Shown here piece after piece: positions 47,601 to 64,000 of a stretch of DNA of 64,000 nucleotides. This DNA comes from Macrostomum lignano (taxonomy: Eukaryota). The stretch spans positions 184,977 to 248,976 of the forward strand of contig NIVC01000018.1 in assembly GCA_002269645.1 (NCBI GenBank). The letters run 5' to 3'. Under the pieces are notes generated by a model. It searched no databases. It was given only the letters and a program-made list of their open reading frames with translations, and was not told where the DNA came from. The first letter of the stretch is position 1; each line of letters starts with the position of its first letter. The translations under genes and the position numbers were made by a program.

Positions 47601-49906
47601 CTTTGTCAGTGCTGTGTCTTTGAGTTTAGCGAGTCTTTGTTAGTGCTCAGTGTCTTTGAGTTTAGCAAGTCTTTGTTAGTGCTCAGTGTCTTTGAGTTTA
47701 GCGAGTCTTTGTTAGTGCTCAGTGTCTGGTGTGTAAGCGATTCTTTGTCTTTGTTTAATATATTCAATTCTGCCAGTGAGTGTTTGAACTGGATATCTTC
47801 ATGTCTTCAATTGTGAGTCTTTGTCTTGTCTGTATCAACTTAGTTTTCCGCGGGGTCCGGGTAAAATTATTAAACTATTATTATAAATCAAACTAAATTT
47901 GCCTGGCTAGTAACAAAATCCACCTGCTGCCATCCCCCCGCAGTACCATTTCTCCAAGTCGATGAACCTGCAGATGTGTCGCGCGCCCGCCGACAAAGTC
48001 AGCAACCTGACCATCTGCCCGTTCGTCTGCTCCGCCTACACCAAAGCGGTCGCGGCCGCCAATCTAAAGGAGGTTTGGCGAACCACCGGCCTAGACGATC
48101 TCGTGTCCCTGATTCTGCCCGAGCTGCCCCAGGTGTACCCGACTCCGCCGCCGCCATCGCAGAAGCAACAGCAACAGCAACAGCAGCAACCGGCTTCGTC
48201 ACAGGAATCTCCTAAGCAGCCGCGAACTTCTAGCGGCGGCGGCGCAGCGCCAAAGCGGATGCCTCGATTCAAAGTTGAACCGCCAAACGAAGTATTCGAA
48301 GACGAATGGGACGAGGTGGTCGCCCTGGCTGAGCACACGTCGTTGCTAACCGCCGCCGCTGCCGCCGCCGCCGTGCCGGAGGAACAGCCGGGTGCCGCTT
48401 CGTCCGACGCCTCGCCGGAGTTGCCGTCAGCATCTGCCGTCGCCGCCGCCGCGCCAGAACCGTCGATTCCTTCGTCCTCATCGGGATCGGGTTCTTACGC
48501 GTCGGCCTCCGAGCAGCAGCGGCAGCCAACGGCAAGCATGGTTGACCCGCTGGCCTTGGCGATGGCGGCTGCCGAAGCCACCACCACCGCCGCCACCGTC
48601 TGTATACCTAGGACTGTCGGAGCTCCCCACTGCGACGGCGGCCTCGGCGGCGGTGGTGGCGACGCAGACGGGGGCGGCTCTCCTACTACCGAGGCCGACC
48701 TGCTGATCGACGAGTTGAAACGCCAGCTGTTGGAGTTTGACAACGGCGTCCGCGTGGAGGTTAAGACTTCGCGAAAGCGGGTGAGTGCGCGGTTTGCAAG
48801 GTTTGTAGGTTTCTTCGGATTTTGGGAAAGCTCGGAGAATCCTCAGTTTGGCTTTCTGGAAGATTCCCCCCAGAGTACAGCTTTCTGGAAGATCCCCCAG
48901 TTTACATCTTTCTGGAAGATCCCCCAGTTTACATCTTTCTGGAAGATCCCCCAGTTTACATCTTTCTGGAAGATCCCCCAGTTTACAGCTGTCTGGAAGA
49001 TTCCCCAGTTCACAGCTGTCTGGAAGATCCCCCAGTTAACAGCTGTCTGGAAGATCCCCCAGTTCACAGCTGTCTGGAAGATCCCCCAGTTAACAGCTGT
49101 CTGGAAGATCCCCCAGTTCACAGCTGTCTGGAAGATTCCCCAGTTCACAGCTGTCTGGAAGATCCCCCCAGTTTACGAGTAGAGCTTTCTGGAAGATTCC
49201 CTTTAGTTTACAGCTTTCTGGAAGATTCCCTCCCAGTTTACAGCTTTCTGGAAGATTCCCCTCAGGGTATTTTAAGGTTAAAGGTCAAGGTCGGCAGTCA
49301 AATGAGGGGCTATTAAACGTTTCGTCGTAAAATACATTAAAATGCTTTTATTTGAACTTACTACTGAACTGGCAGTAGCTTACACGCAAATTTGCCAAGT
49401 TGCCCATCTAGTTATATTATATCGTATCTGTGCTCCCAAACCTGCGAAACCAATCTCAGACAAAGAACGCCTCCGAGGCCGGCTCGTCCGAGTCGCCAGC
49501 CACTTCGTCATCGTCAGTCAGCCAAGACGACGGCTCCGAATCTGGCAGCCCCGTTGAGAAGTCGGCCAGACTGTCGGCAATTCTGCCGGCCGACGATAGC
49601 AGCGCCGCCGCCGCCGCCGACTGTTTCTCCTCCTGCTGCTCCGTGTGCGGCTGCCTGGCCCCGCCCACCTGCCTGATGGTCAGCCGCTTGACCGGCCAGC
49701 CAGTGGCCAGCATACCGCCCTATACGGTGATCCAGTGGGCCCAGTGCGACTTCTGCAACGGCTGGCTGCATCTGGGCACCTGCAGCGAGGAGAGGAACTA
49801 CGATACGTCGGGATTATTCAAGTGCACCGTGTGCCGCGGCCAGGAGCTTCGCTCGACAACAGTTCGGTCGCAACGACATGCCACCGCTGCCACTGCCGCC
49901 AAGTGA
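44653..49906 (+). CDS. pogo/Tigger (Jerky-like) transposase-derived protein: HTH-psq, CENP-B/Tc5 HTH, DDE_1-like domain, C-terminal PHD finger; 5 exons
   Basis: Exons 44653-45372, 45712-46274, 46961-47489, 47944-48780, 49460-49906, with no stop codons after splicing. Motifs: QWSQENMLKAYNAV...VPESTLRDRL (psq), FTAGEEQRIV, WLMDEAS, VLLFYDAH, FPLPPH, and C-x2-C...QCDFCNGWLH..C...FKCTVC (PHD). Confidence 0.85.
46310..46930 (+). repeat. 21-bp minisatellite (gagattctctcaatctctact), intron 2 of the pogo-derived gene
   Basis: Tandem units, drifting to ctagagctctact variants. Confidence 0.9.
47490..47730 (+). repeat. 36-bp minisatellite (gagtctttgttagtgctcagtgtctttgagtttagc), intron 3
   Basis: The first unit begins inside the GTGAGT donor. 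Confidence 0.9.
48845..49265 (+). repeat. 27-bp minisatellite (ctggaagatcccccagtttacagctgt), intron 4
   Basis: Tandem units are visible. Confidence 0.95.
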
Positions 49907-50139
49907 TGCTTCCTGGCTGGCTGTCCTCGATCGCGTGTCCCTTACTATTAATATTATTTTATAGCTCGGTTAATATCTTTACTAACTTTTTTAATACCAG
50001 AGTAGTTTCAATTTTATTTTTCAATTTATTTGATTGATAATTAATCAAGCCAAATGAGCTAAGAGAGAAATTCTTGGGTTTCAAAGTTGGTAGGCAGGTT
50101 GCTCTTGTAGTATACCTTGTAGTATAGTATATCCTCCCA

Positions 50140-50825
50140 TAATTGATCGATAATCCTCACATAACTTATCGATAATCCTCCCATAACTTATCGATAATCC
50201 TCCCATAACTTATCGATAACCCTTCCATAATTTATCGCTAATCCTTCCATAACCTATCGATAAACCGTCTATAAACTATCGATAATCCTCCCACAATCTA
50301 TCGATAATCCTCCCATAACCTATCGTTAATCTTCCCACAATCTATCGATAATCCTCCCATAACTTATCGATAACCCTTCCATAATTTATCGCTAATCCTC
50401 CCATAACCTATCGATAAACCGTCTATAAACTATCGATAATCCTCCCACAATCTATCGATAATCCTCCCATAACCTATCGTTAATCTTCCCACAATCTATC
50501 GATAATCCTCCCATAATCTATAGATAATCCTCCCATAATCTATCGATAATCCTCCCATAACCTATCGATAATCCTCTCAAAATCTATCGATAATCCTCCA
50601 ATAATCTATCGTTAATCCTCCCATAATCTATCGATAATCTTACCATAATCTATCGTTAATCCTCCCATAATCTATAGATAATCCTCCCATCAACTATCGA
50701 TAATCCTCCCATAACATGTCGTTAATCCTCCCATAATCTATAGATAATCCTTCCATAGTCTATCGTTAATCCTCCCATAATTTATCGTTAATCCTCCCAG
50801 AATCTATCGACAATTCTCCCATAAC
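50140..50825 (+). repeat. 22-bp intergenic minisatellite (tatcgataatcctcccataatc)
   Basis: Tandem units are visible. Confidence 0.9.
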
Positions 50826-51589
50826 TTTATCACCCAAACTCTTAGCTCACAAAATTGAATTGCCTACACTAATTATGTGTTCATATATTTCAATGATAAA
50901 TAATGCAGCCCTTCATTTTGTAAAACATTTATACAGTCTAATGGTGCGCTCATAGCTATTTATATAACTGTTGCTGCTGCTGTTGCTACTTCTCACAATT
51001 ACAGTGGCGTATTAATAAACACCTTTAACTAATATTTGAAAACAATGCAAGCATTTCTACCAGTTGGTCTCCATTTCTTATATCAACCTTGGCACTGGAA
51101 TTGCTTTGCTATCTTCTATCAAGCACGTTCTGTTGCATTCATTTATCAATGCCATTTGTGTTCGAATGTGCGCTACATGCTACTGTAATTTTGTATTCAA
51201 GTAGTACGATATGAGCTAATGATCTTTCTATATGTGTGTGCATACTTATAATTTAGCGATGTACTCGGTGCTCTTCTGCTGTCAATTGAAATATTTTTCC
51301 ATCATTTTGTTTAAATCCTATTTGACCTGTCAGGATTCTGGACTTGATTTAATTTTTCCCTCTGCGAATGCCGTCCAGCAGCCCCCCCCCACCTCACACC
51401 GTCTGCCGCTGTGCACTTTCCGGCTACATCAATTTGATTGCTTATTTATTTTCTGTGCTCCACCAAACTTTTTTCCCTGCATTATTTTCTTACGTCACAT
51501 TTTCTCACATCTACTTGGCTGTTCCCGCTAGTATATAAATCTGCCGTGTATTTTTTCATTTCTTTGTGTGTTTGTGCTTGTCTTTTCTG

Positions 51590-52550
51590 TGTTTACCTGT
51601 CTGTGCTTACCTGTCTGTGCTTACCTGTCTGTGCTTACCTGTCTGTGCTTACCTGTCTGTGTTTACCTGTCTGTGTTTACCTGTCTGTGTTTACCTGTCT
51701 GTGTTTACCTGTCTGTGCTTACCTGTCTGTGCTTACCTGTCTGTGCTTACCTGTCTGTGCTTACCTGTCTGTGTTTACCTGTCTTTGTTTACCTGTCTGT
51801 TTACCTGTCTGTGTTTACCCGTCTGTGTTTACCTGTCTGTGTTTACCTGTCTGTGTTTACCTGTCTTTGTTTACCTGTGTGTTTACCCATCTGTGTGTGT
51901 TTACCTGTCTGTGTTTACCCATCTGTGTGTGTTTACCTGTCTTTGTTTACCTGTCTGTGTTTACCTGTCTGTGTTTACCCGTCTGTGTTTACCTGTCTGT
52001 GTTTACCTGTCTGTGTTTACCTGTCTTTGTTTACCCGTCTGTGTGTGTTTACCTGTCTGTGTTTACCCGTCTGTGTTTACCTGTCTGTGTTTACCTGTCT
52101 TTGTTTACCTGTCTGTGTGTGTTTACCTGTCTGTGTTTACCTGTCTTTGTTTACCTGTCTGTGTTTACCTGTCTTTGCTTACCTGTCTGTGTTTACCCGT
52201 CTGTGTGTGTTTACCTGTCTGTGTTTACCTGTCTTTATTTACCTGTCTGTGTTTACCTGTCTTTGTTTACCTGTCTTTGTTTACCTGTGTGTGTTTACCT
52301 GTCTTTGTTTACCTGTGTGTGTTTACCTGTCTTTGTTTACCTGTCTGTGTTTACCTGTCTGTGTTTACCCGTCTGTGTGTGTTTACCTGTCTGTGTTTAC
52401 CCGTCTGTCTTTACCCGTCTGTGCTTACCTGTCTGTGCTTACCTGTCTGTGCTTACCTGTCTGTGTTTACCTGTCTGTGCTTACCTGTCTGTGCTTACCT
52501 GTCTGTGCTTACCTGTCTGTGCTTACCTATCTGTGCTTACCTGTCTGTGT
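51590..52550 (+). repeat. 14-bp minisatellite (tgtttacctgtctg)
   Basis: About 65 units. It explains the stop-free ORFs in all three forward frames. Confidence 0.95.
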
Positions 52551-53259
52551 CTCCCTGTCCGCCAGTCCGGTCTGCACCCACCCGCACTGTCCAGGCGGTG
52601 CCCATAAGCTGGTGCCCATAAGCTGGTGCCCATAAGCTACGAGGCCTTTTGCTCAGCGCAACAACAATTTTTCATTAAAAATCTTTCAAACTACTTTGAG
52701 CAGTTCGAATATTTTCAATTTCTATGCCAGCCTCTCCAGCACAGCCACTCATTCCGTTCATTTTATCACGAAAATCCCATATTTTCATAAATTAGCTTCG
52801 CTTCCGACTTTTGACTGATTCCTGTGCTTTTGCCTCTCTCCCTTGACTAATGAAACCGTGAGCTCGTGTCTGATAATCTTCCACAGTAACCGTTGGCCGA
52901 ATATTTCATTCTATAACTCAGTGTCGAGTATTTTTATAATTGACTTTTTCCCGCTCCAAAATATCCCGATTGTTTGCTGCGAGCTCTGTTAGGCTAAATT
53001 GTTCATTTTTATTATCAACCGCCTGTAATTAACTTCTTTAATTTAGTGCGCGAAAATTGATCAAGTTTACGGTTAATAAAAACTGCTCCAGGTGTTTTTG
53101 TTTCGTGCGAACTGCGTAATGCGAGTTTGAATGACCAACTGGCCTGTGTTGGCGGCTTGGGTCGGTTTTTAATGAATTTCAATTGGCTGTCTGATTTCAC
53201 TGCCTGTTTTCACTTTTTTCATGTCTACGTTGGGTCAAACTGCTCACAGGATACTCATG

Positions 53260-53645
53260 AGATTTCCCATGAGATTTCCCCAAGATTTCCCAAGATATTT
53301 CCATCAAATATCCCATCAGATTTCCAAGAGATATCCATCAGATTTCCAATCCAATTTTCAAGAGATTTCCATCAGATGTCCTAAGAGATTTCCATCAGAT
53401 ATCCCAAGAAATTTCCATCAGATTCCCATGAGATTTACATCAAATTTCGCATGAGATTTTCATCAGATTTCTCATCACATTTCTATCAGATTTCTCATCA
53501 CATTTCTATCAGATATCCCATGAGATTTCCATCGTATTTCCCAAGAGATTTCCATCAGATTTTTATGAGATTTCCATCAGATTCCCATCAGATTTCTATC
53601 AGAATTATATGAGATCTCCCTGAGATACGTATGCGATCTCCATCA
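53260..53645 (+). repeat. Degenerate gagatttccatca-type repeat
   Basis: Imperfect tandem units. Confidence 0.7.
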
Positions 53646-54059
53646 GAATTATAAGATTAGCATTGCAGTCTAATATTACTCCCAAATCTATTGAAAAGCT
53701 TAAATTTAATCGCAATGCAACTAAGCTTCAAAAATCTGGAAGCGATATCCGGTAGTCTTATGAATCGCAGTGAACTACGTAATAATGAATTTTGTTTATT
53801 TTCGTATTAAAGCAGTTTATCAAACTTCAGCAATTGAATAAAAGAACCACCGCTTCTTTGATCCAAGCACTATAGCAGAATTAAGTAGGAGAGTTAAGTT
53901 TATAGGAGAATTATCATATCTCATTAATAAGAAAGTACTTGATAATTAGTTGGTAATACTTTTTCACCAGTGTCAGCGCAAATGTTTCATGTGCGTAAGT
54001 AATGAATATAATGGATATAACACTGCGGTACGCTCGTACAGCACTCTACTCTGTCGGAA

Positions 54060-54610
54060 GGCCTGCTCTTCTCTCATTGGTCAGGAGATATTACTCGGGC
54101 CTTCTGTTCTCTCATTGGTCAGGAGATATTTCTAGGCCTGCTGTTCTCTCATTGGTCAGGAGATATTTCTAGGCCTGCTGTTCTCTCATTGGTCAGGAGA
54201 TATTTCTAGGCCTGCTGTTCTCTCATTGGTCAGGAGATATTTCTAGGCCTGCTGTTCTCTCATTGGTCAGGAGATATTTCTAGGCCTGCTGTTCTCTCAT
54301 TGGTCAGGAGATATTACTGGGGCCTTCTGTTCTCTCATTGGTCAGGAGATATTACTGGGGCCTTCTGTTCTCTCATAGGTCAGGAGATATTACTGGGGCC
54401 TTCTGTTCTCTCAATGGTCAGGAGATATTTCTGGGGCCTTCTGTTCTCTCATTTGTCAGGAGATTACTCGGATTACTCGGCCTGCTGTTCTCTCGTTGGT
54501 CAGGAGATATTTCTAGGCCTGCTGTTCTCTCATTGGTCAGGAGATATTTCTAGGCCTGCTGTTCTCTCATTGTTCAGGAGATTACTCGGCCTGCTGTTCT
54601 CTTATTGGTC
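54060..54610 (+). repeat. 37-bp minisatellite (ggcctgctgttctctcattggtcaggagatatttcta)
   Basis: Tandem units just downstream of the protease stop. Confidence 0.9.
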
Positions 54611-54743
54611 AGGCAAAGAAAGCCGAACTAAAATAAAATTTCGAAGTACCACATTGCAGAACGCGCATATTCACTGTCTAAGTAGTCTATCGAGGTTAAT
54701 TAAATTATTGTGGATGCCATGTGAGCAGTGACAACCCCCGTCA

Positions 54744-63525
<8,782 letters not shown>

Positions 63526-63544
63526 CTGATTAGAGGTGGAGAAG

Positions 63545-64000
63545 GCGGGGTGGGAGAGAGATAGATGCAGTGGGAGAGAGTAGGATGCTGGGAGAGAGTG
63601 AGATGGTGGGGAAGCGAGTGAGATGGAGGGGAAGAGAGTGAGATGGAGGGGAAGAGAGTGAGATGGAGGGAAGAGAGTGAGATGGAGGGGAAGAGAGTGA
63701 GATGGAGGAAAGAAAGTGAGATGGAGGAAAGAGAGTGAGATGGAGGGGAAGAGATTGAGGGAGGGAAGAGAGTGAGATGGAGGGGAAGATATTGAGGAGG
63801 GGAAGAGAGTGAGATGAGGGGAAGAGATTGAGGGAGGGAAGAGAGTGAGATGGAGAAAGAGAGTGAGATGGAGGGGAAGAGAGTGAGATGGAGGGAAGAG
63901 AGTGAGATAAAGGAGATAGAAGTGGGAGAGTGGGGAAGAGAGTGAGAGTGGGGAGAGAGTTATGATGGTGGGGAAAGAGTGAGATGGTGAGGGATTAGAA
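63545..64000 (+). repeat. Purine-rich about 20-bp repeat (gagagtgagatggagggaa), intronic, runs off the window
   Basis: Tandem units are visible. Confidence 0.9.

Noticed and set aside
44653-49906. Active pogo transposon
   Set aside because: It has four introns, no TIRs, a missing third catalytic Asp and host-like low-complexity extensions.
51438-52635. 350-389 aa Cys/Leu/Val-rich ORFs in three frames
   Set aside because: They are translations of the 14-bp repeat, which lacks stop codons. There are no splice or domain signals.

Overview
This is eukaryotic (animal) genomic DNA. It has GT-AG multi-exon genes with GC-rich, polyQ/polyA-rich exons, and most introns are filled by their own minisatellite, a style that suggests a Macrostomum-like free-living flatworm (inference, not verified). 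In order, the window holds: (1) the 3' coding end of a coiled-coil gene (1-531); (2) a 14.3-kb foldback-type element (1726-16006) with modular 3.7/3.9-kb inverted arms, CA...TG ends, a 7(8)-bp target duplication (ATTGAGA) and a 6.6-kb non-coding core carrying an LTR-like unit, a LINE RNase H remnant and a GCGGGAAA array; (3) AT/TpA-rich decayed DNA; (4) an 11-exon CCDC88 (Girdin/Daple) gene; (5) a 5-exon KATNIP/KIAA0556 gene; (6) a 5-exon pogo/Tigger-derived gene (HTH-psq, CENP-B-type HTH, DDE_1 lacking its third Asp, PHD finger); and (7) a 5'-truncated minus-strand LDLa/PAN/SRCR/trypsin protease (Tequila/GRAAL-like) with several 1-nt frameshifts. The most notable signals are the giant foldback element, a bounded zone of non-CpG C>T/G>A decay inside its arms (RIP-like), the domesticated transposase and the intron-private minisatellites. 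I found no rRNA, tRNA or CRISPR array. All calls come from manual reading, with no database searches.
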